A DNA stretch of 64,000 nt from Marsupella aquatica (GCA_973895155.1 OZ316896.1:21761150-21825149); one strand, 5' to 3'; counted from the first letter of the stretch, positions 39,016 through 53,700 are shown. A program made the numbers and translations. The notes: generated by a model not told the origin, from the sequence alone.

Positions 39016-42000
39016 AAACAACAATCATGAAACAAGGGCGATCATAGACGCATGATAATTGTGATCAGGCTACCCGCTACCGTGGTTGACTGCAGTTGCA
39101 GTTGAAACAGGATTCGACAGAGGCAGAGGAGCAGGACTGGCCCACCACACAGTAGAAGTCTGACGTCCGTGAGGTCAGGGCGACGTGGTTGCAGGGGTTA
39201 GGTACGTGGTTCCAGTGCGCGCGTACAGTAACGGTACGCGGTCCAGAGCTTGGGTCAGGAGTTCAGGACTCTACATAGTTAGTAGAGCCAAGGATGCAGG
39301 CGGCTAAAGTACCGGTACCGTCCATTTTCGAAGGTTCCCTTACACTGTACAGTAGACACTGGGCACCAAAATCCGTCGGTTCAGGATGGCGGATGCAGGC
39401 TGATCTGGTACCGTCGATTGGATCGCCGTCTGAATACCACAGTATTTTAGAATAAGCCAACTAATAATAGAAAGTGCTTTGGTCTTTGGGCGTACCCGAT
39501 CATGGGCACCACCTGGCACGACATGGTATGCGTCCGGGTCATTGTGACTTGCTAGGAAACAGTAAAACAATTCTTTGCATGAGCAAAAACATTTCTGGTA
39601 TGACCTCTAATTTTTCTATTTCCAACTGCCTCCCTAACTAGAACCTGGTTGATAACTTACATTTTTGAGACTCCTCTTTTTGCTAGTGAACTTGCTTGCC
39701 ATGTGGAGTCATAAAAAATAAATTTAAAAATATAAAAGGCAGCAAAAAGCTAAAGGAATTTAAAACCACTACTGTCTGCTAACAACAGTCTCATGGCTAA
39801 CAAAATTCCTGTTTGCTCGTATTATATAATACAGGTACCCAAAATCTCAAGGGGGCCATCAAGTATATCTCTCTAGGTTTGGCTTGAAGCAAGGTTTCTT
39901 CCAAGCCCTGTCCCACAATAATTGTCAAGGAGATCCGGAAATAGCCCATAACAGTGCAGTTCAGGGTTGGGTCAAAGTTGATCTCTCCATCTATTTCTCC
40001 CTTCAAGGAGAAGTGTAACCTTTAGAACACTTTAGGGTCTCCTGGTCGGAAGACTCTGTGGTCCATCATTGATACCTTTTGTGGGTTATTTAGACATTGC
40101 TTGCTAAGATCTTTCCAATGATCCTTAAACCTTCAAATTTCCCATGATCATTATCTTGCACATTTCACTCACTGCTATAATATGTACATATTTGTAGACT
40201 AGGGGGTTTTGCTGCAGTCCATCTACGTTCCAGAAGTATTAAAGGGAATTTTGGAAAACTTGAAGGTCCATAGGGGCTTCAATTTCCAAAGTCCAAATAG
40301 ATAACAAAAACAAATGGGCATCCCCAATGAACTTGTTAAATTTTTTACCTGTTTAGTGGCATAGGTGAGGATGCTCCAATTACAAGACCAACATTATGAA
40401 ATGCCTGGCTTATTGGCCTAATAATCAAATGCAAAATTTAGGACTTGTCATTTTTATGAGGCAAGTATTTAGGTAACCCGTACATTTTTGTCATAGCCAT
40501 AAAATAGTTTTATTTACTAGGTTGTAACTTAGTTACAGTCGCGCTTGGACACACTCTAAATCTAATTCTTGCTCGGCGTATGTCTATGCCTTGGATCTCT
40601 ACAGTAGATCCAGGGGCAGTACCGTATTGTTTGATAAGAAATTGGCTTGTTTATTAGTATTCATCTTAGGAAATAAATACCATACTGTAAAGATACTATA
40701 AGTATCTCGTACAGTTAATTGTCGGTTAACTGCGATACGGAGTCCAGTAGAGTGGGTACGGCCAAATTAGTCAAGACTAGTTACTCTGTGTACGTCAACT
40801 GTACTAGATTGAGGTTTTATGACTTGGAGGCCAGTCTCTTCTCATGTCATCTTATCCATTCAATTATCGGGGTCTGCCAAACTTCACTTACATGAAATTG
40901 GGGACACAATCTAGCAACACCCGCCCTTTTCTTCTCATGTGGCTGTGCTATTGAATGGAAAGCTTGGTTTATTCCTATTCATCAGGATCTGGCATTTATT
41001 TTCTCTAGATCCTACAAATTCGGCTCACTGAATAGTAAGAAATTATGCCCCGAGTTCTTTTAAAGCCCCCTTAGTGTAAAGCTTGTTTTGGTTGTATTGT
41101 TGTCTTGAAAGGAGTACAGTAGGCAAAGGGGAAAGTGTGAACTTTTGGGGGACCTAGTTACTATAGACTGTAGCTGTTTGACCAAGTGTAGTTACTACAG
41201 ACGGTACCAGTGTTTGACCTAGTGGAAAGTTTCTGGGTGAAACAGCTATAGTTTAGTAAGGTCAATTTGATTTTCATCGTTTTTTTCAATTCTTTCCTGA
41301 GATTAAGGCTGTGGGGCATGAGCAATTTTTTTCCCTTTATTTTCTATCTTGAGCGGAATATTTTACATGCTAAATTTTAAAAGTCCCCATTTAATCAAGC
41401 TTATTTTGAAACAAATGAATGGCAGCATTTGTTCCAAATTGATTACCCGCATGTACCTAATCATTTGATGGGATATGGACCACCCCAACCCAAACTGACT
41501 CCAGAATGCAACAAGACATAGAGGGCTGATAGATATATAGGGATACGCATAACATGGCAGGAACACAATACATTTTCCAGGGCCATGGTGGGGAAAGATG
41601 TTACTGTAAACTTGGAGAGGCCTCTACTTCCATTGTTGTCAGTGAAAACCCCATTAATATTCAATATCTGGTCCAAATGGATGGCTTACATCTGTATTGA
41701 TGCATAAATACTTTTCTATACAGCATGCAATGGTGAGGTTTTCAAATGAGTGAAAGTAGTTGTGAGATTGGGACAGCCAGAAGACCACCAAAACCTAAGA
41801 GCCTTGCTACACTGCCAGAGTTGAAGCTCTTGAACCAAAGATGGCTGTCTTTCAACTATGGGTTACCAGCAAGTCTATGGCCCAATTAGAGATAGATATT
41901 TGTTACATGCATTCACATACATGAAGTGTTTTCCTGCAGTTTTGGTCATTTTGGGGAATTTATGGCTTGTTGTGGTCTCCTCTATTCATCATAGGGGTCA

Positions 42001-42764
42001 ATCTATGGCCCAATTATAGATCCCTTCAACAGTTAGCAACATATGGCTTCCAAAAAAAGTTTCTATAATTTGAAAAAAGAACCCTGTCTGAAAATGGACA
42101 GGCAGTACAGTCTACCATGGATAAATGCATTCTGTGGGTAACTGCAAGTCAGTCATGTAGTCCCCTAATATTACAACATTTTTCTTTGTAAATGCACCTG
42201 TCCAAAAAATGCACTGTTTGTACGTGCAGGTAGACGTCACTAACCAACATATTCATGAGCACATTTCTGTCTATAAAAGTGCACATGCATTAATCAATTA
42301 TCACAACACATATGCTAGAAGCATTTGTTGATAAGTGCAAGGGATAGCTACAGTCATGCACTTGCATGGACTTATCCAGTCAAATAGTGCAGTATGAGGA
42401 TTCTGGCTATGAGGGGTCTGATGCATATGAACCGAGAAGACTCTTGCAGCAGTGCATGAGTGATTTCTTATGCACATATGGAGAAGTGCACACATGACAC
42501 CCATGTAATTATGGCATAGTGCATAACGTGGATAAGTGCAGGCTTGGGGTGTCTTCCCCGGAGCCTGCACTTAGACACGGTAGATTGAGGAAGGGAATGG
42601 AGCAAAGAGGGAGCAGAGAGGGAGGGTAGTGTTCACTTGGAACACATGAACAGTGATTGGGCAGGGCCAGTGCAGTTTTATAGTCAACAGTGGTTTAAAC
42701 ATGTTATTGGACCAGGAATCCTGGATGGTGGGTCTTGGAAGTTTTTGTGTTGCGCTGGCCCTGT

Positions 42765-43010
42765 TACGGACCCCACTAGAGGTCCCTTCCAAAATTCCTG
42801 GCACCACAGCGTGCCACATCAACAACAACCGTAACAAACAAGACTCGTCGGTTTTGTGAATCAAACTTATAGTTTTCATTCGTGTTTGTGTCAATTTGGG
42901 TGTAAATTTTGGGACGTCATGCCGTAAAAAGAAAAATAAAAACATTGGAAATGCAAAGAGCAAGACGGTTAAAACTGTCACTATGTAACCGTTTTAGTTA
43001 CATTTCCAAT
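42765..43010 (+). repeat. Dispersed TE-like repeat, copy 2
   Basis: Matches 16905-17170. Confidence 0.6.
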
Positions 43011-43630
43011 TTTAAAACTTAAATTCAAAGATTTATAAAAAGTATTTTTCATATGATAAATAACTAATAACTAACTTGATAATTTCCTTGTTAAACCGCA
43101 ACTCCCGGTATATAAGGACCTCTCATATTGTACGGCCATTAATGTTGGGAAGAGCACATAGAAACCCAGGATTGGGGAGGAGGAATGGGAATCTTGAAAG
43201 TTCATCTAATTTTATACTCAAAACTATTTACTCATTCTCAAAACAAAAAATACGTAGTTGTAGATCTCATTGAGATCTTTCTTTTGCACCCTAGATTGCC
43301 TTCTAACATAGATAAATAAGATTTCTAGAGGCATTACAAAATGGACGGCAAAGATCGTAAAATCAACAAAATCGACGGCTAGGAAGGCTTGGATTTGTTT
43401 AATTTTTCATTTGTAAAATATTAACCCATTTGCAAAATGGACAGAACCCATCCATAGATCTATTTGAGATCTTTCTTTTGAGCCATAGATTGGCCATTAT
43501 GATGGACGAACAAGATTTCCGGAGATAAGAAATGGAGACGACTCAGATCGACTCTTCCCCCTGATTTTATTAGCCAAGGGGTCCATGAACTAATTAGGCT
43601 AGGATGAGAGTGGTTTTCAAGTTTGGTTCA

Positions 43631-43925
43631 TGTAAGAAACTATTGGCTCTAGACTAGACAACAATGCGGAACATGAGAGAGACACTCAATCAGACGCTAC
43701 ACCGACGAGACACTCAAAGTGGAGAAACTCCTAAAAGATCCATAGCATATGAAAGTACATGTGAAGAATGAGGAAGAGAAAGCTCTCCCTCCAACCTATA
43801 CCCCCCAAGAGGGACTAAGATGTGTGAACCTAAATAAGTGTATTTAACCTTAAACTAACCAGGGGCCAACTAACACTAGTAAGGTCAAACAACTAGAAGT
43901 CGGGAACTTGAGTCAATTCCTAACA
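43631..43925. mobile_element. Probable short solo LTR (295 bp, TG...CA ends)
   Basis: Ends TGTAAGAA...TTCCTAACA are imperfect inverted repeats. Flanks GTTCA/ATTCA give a 4-of-5 TSD match. Confidence 0.55.
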
Positions 43926-46574
43926 ATTCAATGTTTTCCTGTTTTGTTAATAAAAAGGGTTTAATCCCAACTGAGAAGTCAGGCCATTGGCCTTGCACTG
44001 CTCAAGCAGGGTGTTTAGGGGGCTTTACAAGAATGTGTACAACAATTGAGAAGTCACATGTGTTTTACCATATTTGATCCACAGGTTCATTTAGACAGTC
44101 TCCTAACAAAACTATGTTGTCAGACAATGCATTTAATTAATCTAGCTGTAAAAACAGAATGGGAAGATCTCCAAAAGGTCATCCTTTCAAAATAATACCT
44201 CAAGAGTCTAAACTTTGGCCAAAACTACACTCTACACTTAATGTCCTTAATGAATTATCAATGTGTAATTAATTATCAGGCATGAATGGAGAAGGATGCA
44301 CAGTTCATATGAATCAGCTAATTACAAAAATTATTGCCTACTTTTGTCTCAAAATTGGGAAAATAAAAGTTCCCTAGTATTTTGAAGCAAGAAAAGACTT
44401 ACCAGGACCCCTCTGGTATCTCCTGGACTTAACAGGACCTCTATGTGACAAAAAGACTTAACAGGACCTGTGTGACTACCTATTTTGCTCAGATCTCCAT
44501 GGCATTTTACTCACAAGGGTCTGGTTAAGTCCATGAGATGCCAGAGCGATCCCATTAAGTCTTTTCTTGTTTTTGAAGTGTATCAAGTCTGTGTTCTCAA
44601 AGCATATATGCATATTAAATAACCCCTCAAACTTGAGATAAGCTCTCGCCTTTTTGGGGTAGTATGGCACAAAATGCTTTGTAAACAGGCTTTGCTACGT
44701 ACCTAAGTATTTTGGGGGACCCACTCTCCCTGTAAAGATTCACAGATTTTTTTAACAAATGACTTCTCAATTTCATGCGAAGTTTTGTACAAATGAACTC
44801 TCCATTTCATTTAAAGCAAAAGTGGATTGATGGGTTATATGAATGGATGTGATGAAACTTGAAATTAAAACTTAAACTAGTATGTGGGTCCACTACAATT
44901 TTTTTTTACACATTGGTAATATTGTATTTGTTTGTTTTACTAGCTCTCTTTCCTAGTCTTTCCTAGTCATCACGATTTGCCAAAACTCTATGATGTGCAC
45001 AAATACACTTCCAAGAATTTGGAAGGACCTTTTAGCGTGGTACATAATATTGTCATCCTTTGTTTGTCTCCACCTTTCTCAAGTTCTTTTCACCTCTCTG
45101 TGTAATTCACATTGCAACTCCTCACTATAGCTATCACCTCGCTTGTTCGAGTGACAAATTATTCATGACAAGGGTGAGCAACAAACTATCTTGGAGGCAA
45201 GGAGCTAGGCAATCACCTGCACTTCATTGTCTCGCAACATTTTTGTGCAATGGATAATCACGCATTGGACTTGTCTATAAAATTATGAGATGTTTTTTAA
45301 AAGTATTTGAAGTTTGCATAATAAAAGTTGACATCACTAACAAACAAATTCATAAACTCAAAAACTATTCATAGCATTGGTTTTTTAATTGTTTTATGGG
45401 GAGACAAGTATACTTTTTGTTTGGAAAATGTACTTTATTCATCATGATTTGTCTAGTAATGACAAAAACAAAATTCTCATCAATTTTAATGGCTGGCAAA
45501 TGGGAACAAAGAAAAAAACCTTGAGTGTAGAATCATAATGATCATGTTGGGAAGAGAGTAACTTTATATACAGCCACCTTCATGAGAGGAGAAACATACT
45601 GATTTCATTTTTGTTTTTTAAATGTATGTTTTACTAATCAATAGAAAGTCATAGCTTTATTTTTGTAGAAATTTTATAATAATAGAATAATTAATGTTTT
45701 GAGAATAGTTGGTTATTCTTGAATGTGTAAGTGAGTTTGAGATTATGCTTATGACTTTTTTGGTGTGCATTCAAGGAATATGTTTGAATGAGGCCTGGGG
45801 GGAGCTACACTCAAGTGGCATCCAAGATTTTTTTAAAGATTTCTCATGGTGACTACCATCAAGGTAAATGTTTATATCAGTGCATATTTTTATGACTAGA
45901 ATTTGTGTTTATTTGTTATTTGTGAAGTGACTTGGTATTTTGTCCATTCAAATTGACATGAGCAATTTTGTATGAGTTTGTAGATAAATTTTGGCATCAC
46001 TAAGAAACAACCCCAAGCTATCATCTAAGCTTGAAATAGAGGTTTGTTTCTCTCTTTTTTCCCCATTGAATAAGTGTGATTGCTAAAGTTGTTCACTCAT
46101 AAAGCTAAATCAAGCATGGACTATCTATAATTTAAAATCTAATTTTCACACATGTTATATTTATCATAATAGTGTTCATTTTCAAATAAATTATCAGAAA
46201 AGCTAAAAATTTATAGCATTATCATATATGGATGTGCAAATATAAATATATTAATTATTTACCACAACACTTAGAGCTTCTATCAACACAATAGATTTAT
46301 GCAATCTTAACAAAACTATAAGTATTCATAATTTGCAATTTCTTTGTAAAAAGCAATGCTCTTGGTAGGTAGATGAGTCTTTTGTAATTGTGTTTCATAT
46401 TGTTATGATTATCTTAGCACATTACATATTCAGAAAGTGAAATTTGCCCTTTGTTGAATTCCAAAAATGGAGAAGTTAGCTCTTTGTACCTAAAGTTATT
46501 CAAGTAAGTTTACTATCAATCAGGTACTATAATTATAAGGTGCATATCATATTATTCGAGTTAAGACAATAAAC

Positions 46575-47080
46575 TATAGTACACACATATGCAAAGGTCG
46601 GTGTAATGTTTGACCCCAATTATAACTTCAAAATCAATATAAGGTTACAAATTAAGGCATTATGTTACACACATCTGCAAGGGTCGGTGTATTGTTTGAC
46701 CCCAGTTGTACCTTCAAAATCAATATAAAGTTACAAGTTAAGGCATCCTGGTACACACATCTGCAAGGGTCGGTGTACTGTTTGACCCCAGTTGTAACTT
46801 ATAAAATCAATATAAGGTAACTACAAGTTAAGACACTACATGGTACACACATTTACAAGGGTTAGTGTACTGCTTGACCCTAGTTGTAACTTCAAAATCA
46901 AAATAAGGTTATTTGGGAAAAATTACAAGTCAAGGCATTTTGGTACACACATCTACAAGGGTCGGTATAATGTTTGACCCCATTTGTAACTTTAAAATCA
47001 ATAAGGTCATAAATTAAGGCAATTGGTACACATGTATTCAAGGGTTTGAGTATTGTTTGACAATTTGTAACTTCAAAATA
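46575..47080. repeat. Tandem repeat of six ~85-100 bp units
   Basis: Unit GTACACACATCTGCAAGGGTCGGTGTACTGTTTGACCCCAGTTGTAACTTCAAAATCAATATAAG starts at ~46579, 46665, 46751, 46843, 46943 and 47026. Confidence 0.9.
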
Positions 47081-47574
47081 ATACTCTAGAGTTTACATTC
47101 CAAAAATCTAACATTCAATACCATTTCAAAACAATATTTTCATAACTAGACCCTTCCACATGTTAACATCTTAATAATCCTTGCATTCATAATTGGGGTC
47201 CTTCCCATGACCAAATCCTCACTTATTCACCCCACCTTCCTCATGATCTTTCACCCCTACTTATATTTTAGTATTCTTTCCCAATTTACTTGTGTGGCGT
47301 CAAGAGGTTGAGAGAATGCTTTATATGTTGCTTACCAAGCTTATTTATTTATTTATTTTATTGCAATTAAATTGCCTTTTAAAATATACTTTATACCCAA
47401 CCTGGAGAGTTTTCAAATATTGATTTTTTTCAAAGCTCACATATTGCCCAAGTTCTTCTTATTCTTTAGGCACCATAAAGGGCATAATCTAGTTATGTCA
47501 ACATCCAAGCATAGAAAGGTTTAGTTTGATAGAGTTGTTTGTGTTGAGAAGTGACATTACTCTTCACATGAGAC

Positions 47575-47810
47575 ATCACACACAAAAGTAATATAGATCG
47601 TTGGATTCAAAACATCTAATGATATAAAAGTCCTTTTTGAGTTAAGAGACCACACGAGTATTCACACACAAAATGAATCTGGATGGTTGGATTCATAACA
47701 TCTAACGGTATGAAAGCTCATTTTCAGTTGAGAGGCCACATGAGCCTTCACACAAGTCTTCACACACAAAATGGATGTAGATCATTCGATTCAAACCATC
47801 TAATGGCTGG
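47575..47810. repeat. Three ~90-bp degenerate tandem units, TE subterminal-like
   Basis: CACACAAAA...GAT...GATTCA.A.CATCTAA occurs three times. Confidence 0.7.
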
Positions 47811-50716
47811 ATATTTACGGAGTGACGTGGAATTTTGACAAAATTTTCAGATTTACGGAAGTCTCTAACTGGACCCGTAAAACTGACCTGGCAATTTTTA
47901 CACCCTACTCGGTTCAAACCACCAAAAGAACAAAATAAAAAACTTCCCACCATTATTTGAACACTTCCGTTTCCATAGGTGAACAGGGTCAATGAAGCTA
48001 CTTTGTTTCTCAAGAATATATAACCTCATGAGCTGTAACGAGCTTTAACGACAAACCGACGGCGCAGTCAGCCGTCCTTTAGTCGTCTCTGCTTGGGCAG
48101 TTGGCTGGGCGGACTCTGATCCCGACGGTACTCACCGACAGTTGATACAAAACTGAAATATCAACGGCACAGATTGTCCTCCACTACTCCGGAAGTGCAT
48201 CATCGACGGCCGACGTACCTCCCGGTCTAATACCGGTACGGCACCGCCTGTCGCCGGTCTCGAGAGGAGATGACCGGGTGGCCCGCGATTGGACGGTGAC
48301 ATGCGGAGGACGAGGAAAAATAATTTCGGTCGTTTGTGTGCAGCGAATCAGCGATGGCTGGTTTTGGATGATTCGGCCGAGGATTGCGCAGTGAAGAGCG
48401 GGTGTGAGTCAGATAAAAAGTTAGTGGCGATTCAAACTTTGCCTCCGCTGAGATCGGTGAGTCCAGCGATGAGAATTTATCGGCAGACGGGCTTCAATCT
48501 TTGGTCTCGCCATGTCGGCGATGTTCCTGGGACTCAAAAGGGGGCATAATTATAAAGTATAACTACAGTAGCAGCCACTCTCCATTTCCACGCATCTGAT
48601 CAGCTCAGGCTGCTCAGCTCAGCTCAACACGAGCTCAAGACAAGAACGAACAAACGAGCTCCGCTTAGATTTAGCTCAGAGTTAAATTAAGCTGCGTCTG
48701 ACTGTCTGAATTCTCTGAACCGAATGTACAGTACATTTTACGGTGAATTTGACGCTTTCCGACAGTGATTTGAACGTGAAGAGCGGAGATTTGATGAAGC
48801 CGAAGTAATTAATAATGATGGGTATGGTCTCTCATATATTGCTGGAACTGGCCTGGAGACTCGATTCATTCACGGTGCAGTTGTTGAGGGTGTGTTGATC
48901 GGAAGAATGGTGAGCTTAAATCACTTCAAAAACTATGGCAGCGTTGCTTTCAGCTCAGCGAAAGGAAGCTCCAATGTAGACCTTAGTGACTATTCTCTGA
49001 ACCGCTTCTAGAATGGAGCTTGGCAGTCTTTGCCATTCTGTGTTCCCACCCAAAAATAATCGAGCATGTCAGAGAGAGGCCTTCTGATCAATGAGTGTGA
49101 GTTCACAGCACTTAACGCAATTCAGCGCTATATACATTTATAGCGAGGTATTGGGAGGAGTCTATGGCCTTCTGATCGAGAACTGTGGACTTTGATTAGG
49201 ATGTACAGCACATTTGAAGTTGGTCCACCTTCTGCACAGTGATATTGGAAAGCAGCGCTTCTAGACTCGAGCTGAGCTGATGAGAGGAGGAATCGAGTGG
49301 TTGGCTGTCCGAGGGCGGCTGGGTTGCCGGGTTGGATAATGGCGATCGATCGGCAGTCGGGAGAGAGGAGAGAGGAGAGCGGAGCCATGGAGGAGCAGAG
49401 CGCATGATTGTGGCGGGGCGGGAAGGAAGGTTCGAGAGGGTCACGAGGACACGAGCAACAATCGGGCTGCCTAGAACATGGGTCCTAAGAGCATTAATGA
49501 GCACAGTGGTCTAGGCTACCAGTAAGACGACGGAAATACATACAGTACAGTGAGCTCCACAGTGGAATGCATTTGCTTGGCCTCTTTCCGGTTGCTGTAC
49601 TTTTCGCTGCATGAATTTAATGCAGCGCTGCTGTCTCTTGACTGAATGACACATGACGAGTCGACGAATATGCCAATGAGGTCTCCCATTAGTGCGCGCT
49701 AGCGTGATAACGCTCTTGCAATGCAATCCTGATGAGTTCCTGACCCACAAGGACAGACCCGGCTAAGCAGTCCCGCTGCCTTATTGTTTCTCCTTGTGGC
49801 CCGGAAGAGTTTTGCTTTTGCTGAACTCTTTTCCTCGATGCCCGCCCCCCCCATTTGCGCAGCTTTTCCCCACCTTCGACGACGAGAGGTGCTCTTCTTC
49901 GTTTTCTTTGCTGCTTGGTAATGCGAGCACGACGTGATTCACCTCCGAGCAGCTTGCTTTGTATGATTGAACTCTGAGTCGTAGTGGGAGCTGGGGAGTT
50001 TTGGGTTGACCGGCCATTCGATTGAACTTGCGGGGGCGGGGGGGTACAGTGCGTGTAATCCCACAGTGGTCGTTAGCAGCGACATAGATTGCATGCCATG
50101 ACTGACCGTATAGGATTGACCACTAAAACGGTAATTGTCTTGCACTGGGGTTGATCCTGGCTCCTCAGCTGGCACGGAAGCTGGAAAGTGCTCTACTTCC
50201 GAGCTTTCCAGAATCTCCAGTAATCCTGCCTTCTTCTGAACCTTCAAGCTCGAGTGGTTTGACTCTATGCTGCTGCTCCTGCATGCTAGCCGCAAAATGG
50301 TTCAGTTGCGCCAGCATTTTATCCTGTTTTGACTCGGTATCTGCATGATGCGCTTGGGTTTCGCTTCTCAGCAAGCCTTCAGTTGTTCAATGGCGTGTCC
50401 ATGGATGGAATTGATTGAATGTTATTTTTCACAATTTTAGTCGGGGGATGTAGCACCTAGGACATAATGCATCTCTCAAAAGTTGACGAAACATGGAGAG
50501 GAAACTCGTGCCATGTCGTCCAGCCCCTCGCTGTGCAACCGATGTGGTGGCACCAAAGTGCTCTCCCCTTATCGTTTTATCGCAGTTTAATCCTTCATGG
50601 TCAGGTTCGAGCATAAAATCATGCCTCTCGTAGCATAGTTAGTAATTAGCTGAGCTTCCAGATTCCCTGAATTAGCTGTTGGAGATTTGGGCTTCAGCTC
50701 CCGTCCGGGTCAGACG

Positions 50717-53700
50717 ATGAGGGGTGTTGGGCATGCTAAGCCAGAGATCCATGGAGCAGCAGCAGGAGGAAATTCGACCCCGTTTCATAACATCTGCAGA
50801 GATTGCGACAGGAAAGTGCGGTTCGAGGACAGGGCAGGGTGTATCCGCACGCCCGCTACTCCGAAGCACCAGCTGCTGGACAACGTTGCAGAGAAGCCAA
50901 GGCCCTCTCGACCTCCTGATGGTGTCTTATTGAGAGACAGGCGAACAGGTGAGCTTCCTCCGTTCGGAGAAAACAAATCTCAGCAGAAAGTACAGAAGGA
51001 CTTCGGCAATGTAGACCAGAAGCAGGAAATTCATCTCCGGGGCAAGCTGAAATGGTTGTTTGAGCAGGACCGCATGTTCTGGGAGTCGAACTCTGCCAAG
51101 AGTTCTCGCCGAGGCAGTCCTGAATGTGATCGCTCGAGAAGTTTGAATTCTTTGTGTGCGACAGCAAAACCTGCGGTGGTGGACTCCCCCTACGATGCCA
51201 AGCTCATGCATGTAGTGGAGGAAAGCTTCAAAAGGGTATGCAGTTCAAGGAAGCCGCCAGTGAGTAAGCTGAAGCCTCCGAGGGAGCAGCCGCAGCAGCG
51301 GGAGCAGCAGACCACTGAGAATGCCGTGGTCTCGAGAGTAGAAGACTTGTCAACCAACCGCCACCAGTCCCCTGCAAAGGTGCCGTGGACATTTTCGACC
51401 AGTACTGTGAAGTTCTGGCCTCGTGGAAAGGCCAAAGCTCAGAACTCAACCAATGCTCCCAATGCAGAAAGCAAGGCCCCTGATTGTGCAGCTTCGGACA
51501 GCTCGGTTGATCACGCCAAGCAGACCAAGGCTAATGAGGACGCCACACTTCCTCATTCAAGCTTGGAAGAGATTTTAACAGACTATGAGGACGCTCCAAA
51601 GTCTGGCGAGTCGAGTGAAGTGGCGACTTCGGACGAGGATGAAGTAATGAGGAAGAAGGTTGATGTGATTGTTGCCGAAGCAGGAGACAGGAGTTTGGCA
51701 GATGTTAGGAATCAGGCAGCCCATCTGAAAGCGAAATGTGGCATGCTTGCGAAGGAGAAAGACCATGCCTTGCGAAAGTGGAAAAGGAGTTGTCAAGAAA
51801 TTGACGATGCGGCAAACATGGCTCACGCTCTCCGCACTGCAATTGAAACGCTCCTGGAGGTATCGCCATTTTGCATCCGTTTTCACTTCTTAGTAGGCCT
51901 CGATTGTACTGATTATCAAGAGCATTCGAGCCTGGTTTGGGTGCAGATGTTATGTGGGTTTTAAATCTGGGTTAAGTTTAGTATAAATTGTCGGTGCTCC
52001 AGTTGCTATTATCTGTTGATTGGTTTCAAATCTTGATGAAAACAATCGATCGCTGCTGTGCTTGCTTCATTCATTGGATGCAGTATTGCAATTGTCCCCG
52101 GGAACGCACTCTGGTCGATGAGCGTTCTCACGGTGACAATAGTAGTTTTACTTCTACCTAGTCTAGATTTCTGCATTGGCAGTAAACACGCTTCTGGAGG
52201 TGGTGCGGCTTTGGTTTGGTATAATCATTGATAGCTTTGGTTTCAAGCATTCTCTTCAAAACGCTCCTGTAGAGCCTTTTGAGCTTGGACTATCACGAGG
52301 AGAATAGAGGATATTGTGATGAATTCGAATATAGAAATCCTGAGTTGCTGCATGTGGTCTTTGCTACCTTTCGTACCAAAGTTTATGTTCTGCAATTGAA
52401 ATCCACACGAGGAACCTTTTTGGTGTTCCTTGTACCAATTATAAAGCTCAAATCCTATTTGTTACCCTTCTTATCTAGCAACTATTGTTACGGGACATAG
52501 ACTCTATTATTGTTCATGGGTGTCAAATTATCAACAATGAGAATAGTTACTGATAGAGTGCGGTTGTTGTATCCTGCAGGCTAGTGCAAATGATTCAAGG
52601 GCTGATTTCAAGGCAAGGCAGGATATTCTTGAGGACCAGACCCAGGCCCTTCAACTGAGGATGGAGAAGCTGAGGACAAAAAGTTTGGAAGGACCTCAAC
52701 GCCAACCCAAGGTGAAAAAGCCAATAGCACCGTTGGACGACAGGGTTGAGAAACTGAAGAAAACTTCAGAAGGCCGAAGTCCACCGTTGGAAGACAGGGT
52801 TGAGGCACTGAAGAAAACTTCTGAAGGCCGAAGTCCACCGTTGGAAGACAGGGTTGAGACATTGAAGACAGCATCTGATGGCCGAAGTCCACCGTTGGAA
52901 GACAGGCTTGAGACACTAAAGAAAACGTCTGAAGGCCGAAGTCCACCGTTGGAAGACAGGGTTGACGCACTGAAGAAAACTTCTGAAGGCCGAAGTCTTG
53001 CAAGTCCTGATATACCCCGAGATACAGAATACAAAGTCGAGGCACTGAGAGCTCGACTGGAGAAATTGATGCTGGCAACCAATTCGCGGGTAAGCGCAGA
53101 CAGCCTCCTTCTTGCTCCTTCACAAGAATGAAATGAGACCTGCTTCAACCCATTCAAGAGCTGTCTCGGCTATGGTCTGGATTGTTGAATGGGAAGCAGA
53201 GTAGAAATATTATGTACCATGGATTGAGGCTGACATCTCAAGTCATTGTCTGAAGTGAGTCAGATTCGTTCATATTGCTCAAGTTGCTGGTCGTGTTATA
53301 ACGTATGGTGACTTCGACGTTCTCCTTCTGTCAATGTCTCAGCATTGTGTATCTTTTCGTTTTTAGGTTTTTAATGCGACGAGAGTCTGGAGTCACCCTA
53401 GTGACTCAGAATGTTCCTTGTGTGAGTACAGATTTCAGACGATCAAAGGCAACCCCTTGAAAGTGCCAGAGAAGAGAAGAAGAAGCAGGTTGACGACTTT
53501 CTTAATCAGAAGTCTCAACGTCGTGATGGGGTAAAATCGCGTCATGGTCCCATTGAAATCGTTTAAACAAAAGATAATGTTTATGTCACGAACGCAAAAA
53601 TCCACTTCTAGATGTCGTTTCTTAAACTTCAGAACGAAAGCGTGTTCCTAGTGAACTCAGCTTGATATGGATTTGGGTATGCCTCGTCGTGACACTTAAC

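Noticed and set aside
46575-47080. CRISPR-like appearance of the palindromic tandem array
   Set aside because: The inter-dyad sequence is repeated rather than unique spacers, the context is eukaryotic, and there are no cas genes.
52608-53157. Minus-strand ORFs of 171 and 153 aa
   Set aside because: Antisense shadows of the 54-bp coding repeat.
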